Positions 10,629 through 19,265 of a DNA stretch of 64,000 bases are shown here, one piece after another. The position numbers were made by a program, and so were the translations under genes. This DNA comes from Candidatus Poribacteria bacterium (lineage in GTDB: Bacteria > Poribacteria > WGA-4E > WGA-3G): the NCBI GenBank assembly GCA_965198235.1, contig OZ240248.1, forward strand, positions 4,704,001 to 4,768,000, in the 5' to 3' direction. Numbering within the stretch: the first letter of the stretch is position 1; each line of letters starts with the position of its first letter. The notes below the pieces were generated by a model, which did not search any database, was not told the origin of the DNA, and saw only the letters and a program-made list of their open reading frames with translations.

Positions 10629-12266
10629 ATGCAATCTCCACACGGTATTACTGCTTCAGCGTTTCGTCCCTCTGTGATGGGAAGAAACGGCATGGTTACA
10701 TCTGGACAGGTCCTTGCCTCGCAAGCAGGCATTCAGACAATGATGGCGGGAGGCAATGCTGTTGATGCGGCTGTTGCAACTGCTGCCGCACTCGGTATGG
10801 TTGAACCTGCTGGCTCTGGGGTCGGTGGCGACGGCTTTATTCTCATCTATTGGGCGGAAACCGGGAAGGTCGAGGCGGTGAATGGAACTGGACCCGCACC
10901 GCGTGCCGCAACCCGGGAAACTTACATTAAAGACGGTGGAATCCCAATGAAAGGGATGCGAAGTGTTTCGGTGCCAGGGATCGTTGACGCATGGCTCCTC
11001 GCACACGAACGCTACGGGGCACTCAAATTAGAGGATGTTTTCTCACCAGCAATTTCGCTCTGCGAGGAAGGGTTTCCGGTGAGTCATAGACTTGCGGGTG
11101 GGCTTAAAGGCGAGAACGCTCGCTTTGCCGCCGAACCAGATTCGCGCGCTGTCTTTACAAACAATGGGGAACCGATCGCCGCAGGTCAATTCCTTGCGAA
11201 TCCCAATCTCAGCACCACACTCCGAAAGATCGCAAAACACGGCAGAGACGCGTTATATAAAGGCGAGATCGCTAAAACCATCGGTGAATTCAGCCGCGCA
11301 TACGATGGACTCTTAACAGCCGAGGATCTCGCGAACTATCACGCACACTGGGCTGAGCCGATACACGTCAACTACCGTGGGTACGAGGTTTATGAGATGC
11401 CTCCCAACTCAAGCGGGCATATCTTACTTCAAGAATTAAACATGGTTGAGTTATTTGATTTGCAAACCTTAGGGTGTAATACCGCCGAAAGTGTGCATCT
11501 GATGGTTGAGGCGAAAAAACTCGCCTTCGCTGATCGGGAAAAGTATATGGCGGATCCAGAGTGGGTGGATGTTCCTATGGAAGGAATGTTATCTAAATCC
11601 TATGCCGCTGAACAAGCAGAACGTATCGACTTAGATAAGGCGGCTTTTGATGTTCCAGCAGGCGGTCCAGAGGCACACGAAGATACAACCTGTTTCTGCA
11701 CCGCGGACCGGGCAGGAAATCTCGTTTGTATCCTGCAGAGTATCCAGTCAGGGTTCGGCTCCAGCCTCATTGCGGGTGACACAGGTATCCTCTTGAACAA
11801 TCGCATGACTTATTGGCATTTGGAAGAGGGACATCCGAACTGTTTGATGCCGGGTAAACGCGTTCGCCACACCATGAACCCCGTCATTGCTACAAAGGAT
11901 GGTCGACCGTTCTTAGCGTGTGGCACTCCTGGAGCAGATACACAGGTCCAAACGAATCTACAGCTTGTTACCCATATGCTTGATTTCGGAATGACACCGC
12001 AGGAAGCGGTCTCTGCTCCGCGCTGGCGGAGTTTACAGAACCCGATGGAATCCACTATCCCACACACTTGCTCCAATGATCTCCAGTTAGAAACCCGATT
12101 CCCTTCAGATACCAAGGAGGGTTTGGAGAAGAGAGGACATGAACTTCAAATCGTCGGAGATTGGGGTGGTCCGGGGAGTGCTCAGGCTATCATGGTTCAT
12201 CCGGAATCTGGAGCACTCATCGGGGGTTCTGATCCGAGAACAGATGGGTATGCCGTCACTTTTTAG
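10629..12266 (+). CDS. ggt: Gamma-glutamyltransferase
   Basis: GGNAVDAAVA, SGVGGDGF, PPNSSG, nucleophile DTT, GILLNNR, PGKR, SDPR; RBS GGAGG before ATG 10629. Confidence 0.92.
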   Translation: MQSPHGITASAFRPSVMGRNGMVTSGQVLASQAGIQTMMAGGNAVDAAVATAAALGMVEPAGSGVGGDGFILIYWAETGKVEAVNGTGPAPRAATRETYIKDGGIPMKGMRSVSVPGIVDAWLLAHERYGALKLEDVFSPAISLCEEGFPVSHRLAGGLKGENARFAAEPDSRAVFTNNGEPIAAGQFLANPNLSTTLRKIAKHGRDALYKGEIAKTIGEFSRAYDGLLTAEDLANYHAHWAEPIHVNYRGYEVYEMPPNSSGHILLQELNMVELFDLQTLGCNTAESVHLMVEAKKLAFADREKYMADPEWVDVPMEGMLSKSYAAEQAERIDLDKAAFDVPAGGPEAHEDTTCFCTADRAGNLVCILQSIQSGFGSSLIAGDTGILLNNRMTYWHLEEGHPNCLMPGKRVRHTMNPVIATKDGRPFLACGTPGADTQVQTNLQLVTHMLDFGMTPQEAVSAPRWRSLQNPMESTIPHTCSNDLQLETRFPSDTKEGLEKRGHELQIVGDWGGPGSAQAIMVHPESGALIGGSDPRTDGYAVTF

Positions 12267-12307
12267 CCTATCTTTGGAGAGTTCATAGCGAGGACACAAT
12301 TAAAAAA

Positions 12308-13360
12308 ATGAAAATATTAGTTACAGGCGGTACGGGCCGCATCGGATCCAATCTCGTCAACAAATTATTGGAAAAGGGACACGATATCCGCAGTTTTGTC
12401 TATCCGGGGGATGTCAATCGTGTCGGACGATGGGATGGCACTGAACGCGTAGAGACCGTCCTTGGTGACTTGCGGGAATACGAGGATGTCAAAAAAGCCG
12501 TTGAGGGGGTAGATGCCATCTATCACATCGCTGCAGCATTCGGCGGTCCGTTTGATAATCGTCAGTACTTGGCAATCAACGGCATGGGGACGCTTAATAT
12601 ATTGGAGTGCATCCGCGAATTCAATCCGAACATTCATCGCCTTGTTTATGCCTGTACCGAAGCGATTTATTGGGAACTCACTGAAAAAGGTAGATTTTTC
12701 AATGAACTGATTACCGAGGACATGGTTGCCAAATACCATCACATGCCCTATTTCCTTACCAAATGGATTGGCGAGGAGCTGTGCATGAGCTATCATCACC
12801 AATATGGTGTGCCTTCAACAGTTTTTCGTTTCACAACGGTTATTGAACCGAGTGAATATCTCAACGAAGATGGCTTACCGAAGCAATTCGTCTTTAGTAA
12901 TATCTATAATCGATACAAGAATTATACCGGCGATGATCCTGCTGAGTTAGAGGCGGCAAATGCCGTTAAACGTCTCTGGGATGGGCAGGAGAAATTCATA
13001 CTCAAACGCAATCCTGACGGACGCCCCTACAAGGAGCATTTCACTGATGTCCGGGATATTGTACAAGGGTTGGTTTTAGGGATCGAAAAGGATGCTGCTG
13101 TTGGTGAAGAATTCACACTCGGCGGAAATGGTATCTTCAAGCATGAAGAAGTTATCCCATACCTATGTGAACGTTACCAGATGGACTTTGTTGATGTGAA
13201 ACTCCCACAATCCCTCTATTTTGAATTTGATTTAAGCAAAATCAAAACGCTGTTAGACTTTGAACCACAACACAATTTAGCGAGTATCCTTGATGCTGCT
13301 GAAGCGATGCACCGTGGTGAAGATGCAGGCATCATTCCGACAGGCGTTCGGTGGACTTAA
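12308..13360 (+). CDS. NAD-dependent epimerase/dehydratase
   Basis: ILVTGGTGRIG Rossmann motif; YFLTK catalytic YxxxK. Confidence 0.9.
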   Translation: MKILVTGGTGRIGSNLVNKLLEKGHDIRSFVYPGDVNRVGRWDGTERVETVLGDLREYEDVKKAVEGVDAIYHIAAAFGGPFDNRQYLAINGMGTLNILECIREFNPNIHRLVYACTEAIYWELTEKGRFFNELITEDMVAKYHHMPYFLTKWIGEELCMSYHHQYGVPSTVFRFTTVIEPSEYLNEDGLPKQFVFSNIYNRYKNYTGDDPAELEAANAVKRLWDGQEKFILKRNPDGRPYKEHFTDVRDIVQGLVLGIEKDAAVGEEFTLGGNGIFKHEEVIPYLCERYQMDFVDVKLPQSLYFEFDLSKIKTLLDFEPQHNLASILDAAEAMHRGEDAGIIPTGVRWT

Positions 13361-13559
13361 TATCTGCTTTTCAGCAATTCTTGTATAGGAACAATCTCCG
13401 AATCACTGTTTCATGGCTCTGCAGATTTCCTTGATGTCTTGTAAATAATGGGTTAAACTTAAATTGCTTAGAAGTTAGGCGCATTAATTTCCGGTAGATG
13501 TGCTTTGTAAGTCTGACGGTTGAACCTAATCAAACCTGAGGTTCGGAGATTTATTTATC

Positions 13560-15203
13560 GTGAAAACCTCTCTTGGCATATCCTTACTTTTCTTATTCGC
13601 TTTTGCCTGCTTGATGCTCAGTTGCACGAAGACTACGGTCGCGCCGACACGGCAGGTTTCATCAAGCACGAAACACCTTGATCGGTATATTAACGCCGTG
13701 CTTAAGAGGAAAGGTATTCAATCCTCAAAGATGTCAGAAGATACAGAGTTTTTGCGCCGGGTCCATCTTGATCTGACCGGTAAAATTCCAACTCCTGAAG
13801 AGGTCTCGGATTTTCTCAAAGACGGTTCTTCAAGCAAACGCCAGAAGAAGATTAATCAGTTGCTGGCGAGTGACACCTACTTGAACTATTGGACTGGGTT
13901 ATGGGTGAACTGGTTAATCGGTAGACGTGAAGATGGTGATGATCGACGCATCGGATTAACGTTTTGGGTGCGGGATGCCTTGATGAAAAATATGCCGTAC
14001 AATCAGTTCGTTCAGGAACTCATCGCGGCTGATGGCGAATTACGGGACAACGGCGCAGGAAACTATATCATGCGTTACGAACGTTCGCCGGTCTTTCTAA
14101 CTTCACATACCTCGCGTCTTTTCTTGGGACTCTCTATGCAGTGTGCGGAATGCCACGATCATAAAACAGAGGTGTGGAGCCAAGAGGATTTCTACGGTAT
14201 TGCTGCCTTTTTTGCTGGTATTGATAGTCAGCGGAAGGGAGACATCCAGACAATGGATATAGTAGGTAATGAGAGAAGGATGGATAATTTTCTCATTACT
14301 AACAAACCGGAAAGTTCGATTTGGGTGAAAAGGCTTGAAAAACAGGTCTGGCCTCACTTCTTAGATGGGACGGAATACAAAGGTCCGCTCCTCAAAAAGC
14401 GAGAGGCACTCGCGCAGTGGATGACTGATAAATCAAACTCCTATTTTAGTCAAGCAATCGTAAATCGCATCTGGAAACGCTTTATGGGACGTGCTTTTGT
14501 CGAACCGGTTGATGGATTCGGAGAAGAAAACCAGCCTACGAATCCTGAACTCTTGAAATGGCTCGCAAATGATTTCGTCATTCACGGCTACGATTTACAA
14601 CATTTGATGCGGACAATCCTGAACTCAGAGACATATCAACGCACATCACAGACGAATGAAAGCAACAAAGATGATCAACTCTATTATTCGCACGCGTATG
14701 TGAAACCCTTAAGTGCTGAGCAGTTCTTTTATTCCCTGCTGCAAGCCACTGGTTTTGAGAGACTTCAACAGGTCAGAATGAAAGGTATCAAGAAGCGGGG
14801 CGGCGAAGACAGGAAGGGTATGCTGCGTCAACTTGAGCGGATGAAACGTGAGCATCTCAAAAAGTTCCTCTTTCTCCTCGATAATGGCGAGATGGAAGAA
14901 ATTGAGGCGTTTAATGGAACAATCCCGCAAGCACTCATGATGATTAATGGGGATATGGTAAACGATAGCGCGAGTCATGAAGAACGCGGGAGTTTTGTAA
15001 ATTACGTATTAGGAAAATGGCGCGAGCCTATTGAACGGATGGAGCATATCTATCTCAATGTGCTATCTCGGTTGCCAACAGCTAAAGAAAAAACCTACTT
15101 TAGACGCTATTTAGAGCGTAGTCTTTATCGAAACAAGGACTTGGCTTACGAAGACCTCTATTGGGTCTTATTGAATTCAGCCGAGTTCTCACTCAACCAT
15201 TAA
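13560..15203 (+). CDS. DUF1549/DUF1553 (Planctomycete cytochrome-like) lipoprotein
   Basis: FLRRVHLDLTGKIPT, CAECHDH heme motif, NRIWKRFMGR, LLNSAEF; lipobox-like LSC. Confidence 0.88.
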   Translation: MKTSLGISLLFLFAFACLMLSCTKTTVAPTRQVSSSTKHLDRYINAVLKRKGIQSSKMSEDTEFLRRVHLDLTGKIPTPEEVSDFLKDGSSSKRQKKINQLLASDTYLNYWTGLWVNWLIGRREDGDDRRIGLTFWVRDALMKNMPYNQFVQELIAADGELRDNGAGNYIMRYERSPVFLTSHTSRLFLGLSMQCAECHDHKTEVWSQEDFYGIAAFFAGIDSQRKGDIQTMDIVGNERRMDNFLITNKPESSIWVKRLEKQVWPHFLDGTEYKGPLLKKREALAQWMTDKSNSYFSQAIVNRIWKRFMGRAFVEPVDGFGEENQPTNPELLKWLANDFVIHGYDLQHLMRTILNSETYQRTSQTNESNKDDQLYYSHAYVKPLSAEQFFYSLLQATGFERLQQVRMKGIKKRGGEDRKGMLRQLERMKREHLKKFLFLLDNGEMEEIEAFNGTIPQALMMINGDMVNDSASHEERGSFVNYVLGKWREPIERMEHIYLNVLSRLPTAKEKTYFRRYLERSLYRNKDLAYEDLYWVLLNSAEFSLNH

Positions 15204-15267
15204 CTCGTTAACTGTGTACTTCGAGGCTACGTCCCAAGCAGGTACACACTAAAAGGAGAATTTTATT

Positions 15268-15990
15268 ATGAACAGCCGTAACCTGTTCATTGCTATTTGT
15301 ATAATTACGTTTGGCATCGCTGCGCTTGCGATGTCGCAAACCTATTTTGAGGATAATTTCGATGATCCGAAAGAATCTGAAAAAAAATGGGTCGCCCTCT
15401 TCGGGGAATGGGAGCTCAAGGACGATGAATACCACCAGCTCCAAAATACCCCTAACTGCATGAGTGTCGTCGCTGATGAATTCTGGGAGGACGACTGGAG
15501 CGATTACACCTTTGAGGTCCGAGGGAGCAAAGTCAGTGGTGCCGAGGGGTTCCTGATTATGTTTCGGTGCCAAGGATTGATGCAAGCCCGCGGGCAAGCT
15601 CTTGAAGACCCTCCGCCACGTATGGAGAAACTCAAACCTTCATTGGAGTACTGGTGGAACCTTGGCGGCTGGGGAAACTCACGCTCACAGGTTGAATCGT
15701 GGGGTGGCAAAGCCGGTGCGAATAGTGCTCACACCATTGATGAGAAGGATTGGTATAACATCAAGATTGTCAATACGCCCGATAGTTACACAGTCATTCT
15801 CAACGATGAAGAAGTCGCAGAGGTGGACGATGATACCGAGGGCGGTGTCGGGCGAATTGGCTTGGCAACCTGGAGGACGGTTGCGAAGTATGACGATGTT
15901 GTTGTTTACGGACCTGATGGTCCCTCGCTACCAGTTGATGCGAAGAGCAAACTCGCGACGACTTGGGGACATCTTAAATCCGTAAAGTAG
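15268..15990 (+). CDS. Secreted beta-sandwich (DUF1080/LamG-like) protein with Poribacteria-type C-terminal motif
   Basis: Signal peptide; FEDNFD, WYNIKI, GRIGL, YDDVVV; C-term VDAKSKLATTWGHLK. Confidence 0.7.
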   Translation: MNSRNLFIAICIITFGIAALAMSQTYFEDNFDDPKESEKKWVALFGEWELKDDEYHQLQNTPNCMSVVADEFWEDDWSDYTFEVRGSKVSGAEGFLIMFRCQGLMQARGQALEDPPPRMEKLKPSLEYWWNLGGWGNSRSQVESWGGKAGANSAHTIDEKDWYNIKIVNTPDSYTVILNDEEVAEVDDDTEGGVGRIGLATWRTVAKYDDVVVYGPDGPSLPVDAKSKLATTWGHLKSVK

Positions 15991-16013
15991 TTTTTGAACA
16001 CTGTTATGAATTA

Positions 16014-16046
16014 GAGCGCGGGGTTTTGCTGCCTCGCGTTCCTTTT
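16014..16046 (+). terminator. Probable intrinsic terminator
   Basis: gagcgcgggg/cctcgcgttc stem followed by T tract. Confidence 0.55.
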
Positions 16047-16108
16047 ATTGGGATAGTTGTAAATCTTTTATAGGGGATTTTGAAAACCTGAAGGTTACGC
16101 TGAAAAGT

Positions 16109-18052
16109 ATGCCAAGGCACTCCCAGACCGAACTCTCCATACCCACCTACCATACTGTCGTCTCAACCCCTCATGGACGGATAGGTGAACTCAGGCTGAG
16201 TACCAACAATAGAAAGCTTGAAACGCCAGTGCTATATCCTGTCATTAACTTTCTGACGGGGACGAGTACGCGTGGGGGGGGTGTTTGGAAATATATTCTA
16301 AAGATTCTGATGCAGCGCCAGACACCTATGCTGTCTCAGATCTTACATTTTCTCGATTTCCCACTCACTGGACGCTATCTTGAAAATTGGCGTGGAAAGT
16401 CGATGCGCGAGCATTATCGTGAACAGAATGGTGTGTATGAAGGTACTCTCTTCTTAGATTCCGGTGGCTTCAAACTCCTCTACAACACCGGTATGGATCT
16501 GCAAGAATTTGGAATTCACAAGGAAACAGAGGCAGAGGACATTCTCAATCTCCAATTAGGCTTTGAAGGCGATATAGTCGCCTCTTTGGACTACCCGCTC
16601 CCACCCAACTTGGCGCGTCCTGAAGCTGAAGCACGGATGAAACAGAGTCGCGCAAACGCGGTCCGGGTGGCAGAACGCTTGGCAACAAACACGAGCGAGA
16701 TGCGGACGGTGCCTTATCTTTACACCTGCTGTCACGGGCAATCTGGAGAGGACATCTCGGATTATGTGAGGCAACTCTTTGCCCAAATAGATGGCACATT
16801 ACCCTCATTCGGGTTGGCCGTCGGATCACTTGTGCCTTTACGTGGTAAAGACGATTCGGAAGTGATGGAACTGGTTAACGGTGTCGTCCAAGCAATCCCA
16901 GACGATCAGCGGGATACGACCCCTATTCACGCATTCGGTGTTTCAGGTGTTCTCACGCCACTCCTCGCTTATATCGGTGTTGACACGTTTGACAGTTCCG
17001 GCTACATACATACGTCTCGGAGTCTCACATATTCACAACCGCACACCCAGAAGAAACTCAGAATTATGGAGATGGATGAGACAGACTGCAACTGTTACAT
17101 CTGCGAAGCATACCCACTTCAGGAAATTCAGCAGGCGTTTATGGATAAACAGAGTTATAGAGCCACCTCAACAGGTAAGTTTAAGAGCGAGTACTATGCC
17201 GCTATTGGGCTTCATAACTTCCAGACAGAAGCCGATATTCTCGATGAGATGCGCACCGCAATTGCAGCAGACGATGCGCTTGAAGGTTTAGTCCGACACC
17301 TTGCTAAATACCAGAACTTCCGCGGTTTACGGCGGGCAACAGCATGGCTTTCCGAAAACGACAGGACGCTTGCAGCCCGATTGGCTCGAACGTTAACTCA
17401 GATGCCCACACCTATGAAAGCGAAGCACACGCGGCAGAACCTGAATCAGTTAGAACTCTTTCCATCTGATTACGGAAGAAAACCTGAGAACAAGATCCAA
17501 ACTGTCCAAGGAGATAGAGAGCCTCAAACGATCTCACTGGCATATACTCCTGATGATTTTCGAGTCCCTTGTGATTATAAACCGCCAGATGGAAAAGAAA
17601 TTCTCCTTGTGATTCCGTGTGCTGGAAAGAAACCTTACTCACTGTCTCGTACACACACGATGATCGCAAACAGACTTCAAACTGCTTTTGGGGAAAGACA
17701 GGAGCGTATTCACACAATAACGCTCTCTGGACTTTACGGTCCCGTTCCTGAAGAATTTGAGACAGAGGACGCTGTCACCCGCTACGATTTTCAGCTCTCT
17801 CATAAGAACACCGCCCAAATTGAACAGTGTGCAACGCGTCTGGTCGACTACCTACAGAAATATAGCGATAGTTATACGCTTAAAATAGGATACGCGACAA
17901 GTAGGGCGTACAGGAAGGTCTTTGGACTCGCAGAGGAGCGTTTTCCGACATTCATATTGTTGCCGAAAGAACTTAGACAGAAACGCTTAGCCGAATTCTT
18001 CAGACATACGAACTTAGATGCTTTGGTTGAGGTAATACGAGACAAATTATAG
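16109..18052 (+). CDS. tRNA-guanine transglycosylase-like protein fused to a DUF5591 (ArcS-like) domain
   Basis: ETPV, LDSGGF, SLDYP, GLAVGS, HAFG, DTFDSS, Zn site CNCYIC...HN; C-term IPCAGKKPYSLSRTH...SGLYGPVPEE. Confidence 0.8.
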   Translation: MPRHSQTELSIPTYHTVVSTPHGRIGELRLSTNNRKLETPVLYPVINFLTGTSTRGGGVWKYILKILMQRQTPMLSQILHFLDFPLTGRYLENWRGKSMREHYREQNGVYEGTLFLDSGGFKLLYNTGMDLQEFGIHKETEAEDILNLQLGFEGDIVASLDYPLPPNLARPEAEARMKQSRANAVRVAERLATNTSEMRTVPYLYTCCHGQSGEDISDYVRQLFAQIDGTLPSFGLAVGSLVPLRGKDDSEVMELVNGVVQAIPDDQRDTTPIHAFGVSGVLTPLLAYIGVDTFDSSGYIHTSRSLTYSQPHTQKKLRIMEMDETDCNCYICEAYPLQEIQQAFMDKQSYRATSTGKFKSEYYAAIGLHNFQTEADILDEMRTAIAADDALEGLVRHLAKYQNFRGLRRATAWLSENDRTLAARLARTLTQMPTPMKAKHTRQNLNQLELFPSDYGRKPENKIQTVQGDREPQTISLAYTPDDFRVPCDYKPPDGKEILLVIPCAGKKPYSLSRTHTMIANRLQTAFGERQERIHTITLSGLYGPVPEEFETEDAVTRYDFQLSHKNTAQIEQCATRLVDYLQKYSDSYTLKIGYATSRAYRKVFGLAEERFPTFILLPKELRQKRLAEFFRHTNLDALVEVIRDKL

Positions 18053-18065
18053 GAACTGACAACAG

Positions 18066-19265
18066 ATGTTAAACTATTTTTTACCCCCACAAATTGAATT
18101 TGGCGACGGTGCAATCCAAAACTTAGGCGAACATGTCAAGGCATTTGATGGCAAAAAACCGTTCTTAGTGAGCGATGCCGGTGTCATCAATGCGGGTATC
18201 CTCGCGAAAGCGGCAGATGCCTTGGAGGCAAGCGGGTTATCGTCCGCTACGTATTCGGATATCGAACCGAATCCCACGGACATCAGTGTTACACACGGTA
18301 TAGAAGTTTACAAAGCTGAGGCGTGTGATGTCGTCATCGCTGTCGGGGGCGGAAGTGTGATGGATGCCGCCAAAGCCATCCGTCTCTTGACGACCCATGA
18401 ACCACCCGCTGGCGAGGGAACACCCAAGCAAAAACACCTCGCTCCATATTACGCTGATGTTGGTGGAGTCGAGCGAATCCGAGGCGATATGCCACCGCTA
18501 ATATGTGTACCAACGACTGCCGGCACGGGCAGTGAGGTGTCACAAGGCTCAATCATTACGGATACATCCCTACAGACAACCGATCGATGGCGGAAGCGTG
18601 CAATCGTTACGCCCTTCAACATGGCGAACATAGCACTCCTTGATCCGGGAATAACCCTCGGCATGCCACCTGCCCTTACTGCCGCGACCGGTATGGATGC
18701 GATTACACACGGTATCGAGGCGTATGCGGCGACGAAGTACCACCCTATTGCCGAGGGGGTTGCATTGCAGGCACTCAGAATGTTGAGTGCGAATATCCAA
18801 CAGGTTTATCACAATGGGGAAGATGTAACTGCACGAGGGGAAATGCTTCTCGGATCATGCATGGCGGCATTTTCGTTCCAGAAGGGGCTCGGTGCGGTCC
18901 ATTCGCTGGCGCACCAACTCTCTACAGATGCCCCCATTCCGCATGGTGTAGCGAACGCTATTCTCCTCCCTCCTGTCATGGAATTCAACTTTTCTCATGC
19001 GAGCGAGAAATACGCGGAAATCGCGCGTGCCTTAGGCATAGATACCAGTAACATGGATATCGACGAGGCAGGGCATGCTGCTATTGATAAAATCAGGGCG
19101 TACAACACGGAGTTGAATATGCCCGCGGGTCTCGGAGATGCTGGTTTAGACCGGGGAAAGATTCCAAAACTCGGAGCGGATGCCATGCTCGATCATTGTC
19201 ACAAATTCAATCCGAGGGTGTGTACAGAAGAGGATATGGTGACTTTATTTGAGGCGGCGTTCTAA
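18066..19265 (+). CDS. Iron-containing alcohol dehydrogenase
   Basis: GGGSVMDAAK, PTTAGTGSE, GMDAITH, HSLAH, PHG. Confidence 0.93.
   Translation: MLNYFLPPQIEFGDGAIQNLGEHVKAFDGKKPFLVSDAGVINAGILAKAADALEASGLSSATYSDIEPNPTDISVTHGIEVYKAEACDVVIAVGGGSVMDAAKAIRLLTTHEPPAGEGTPKQKHLAPYYADVGGVERIRGDMPPLICVPTTAGTGSEVSQGSIITDTSLQTTDRWRKRAIVTPFNMANIALLDPGITLGMPPALTAATGMDAITHGIEAYAATKYHPIAEGVALQALRMLSANIQQVYHNGEDVTARGEMLLGSCMAAFSFQKGLGAVHSLAHQLSTDAPIPHGVANAILLPPVMEFNFSHASEKYAEIARALGIDTSNMDIDEAGHAAIDKIRAYNTELNMPAGLGDAGLDRGKIPKLGADAMLDHCHKFNPRVCTEEDMVTLFEAAF

Noticed and set aside
13560-15203. Missing DUF1501 partner as a novelty
   Set aside because: The partner may simply be encoded elsewhere; not informative from this window alone.
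16109-18052. Canonical queuine tRNA-ribosyltransferase (tgt), or a complete dpd island
   Set aside because: About 270 aa longer than Tgt with an extra domain, and no dpdB/C/D or que genes nearby; symbol withheld.
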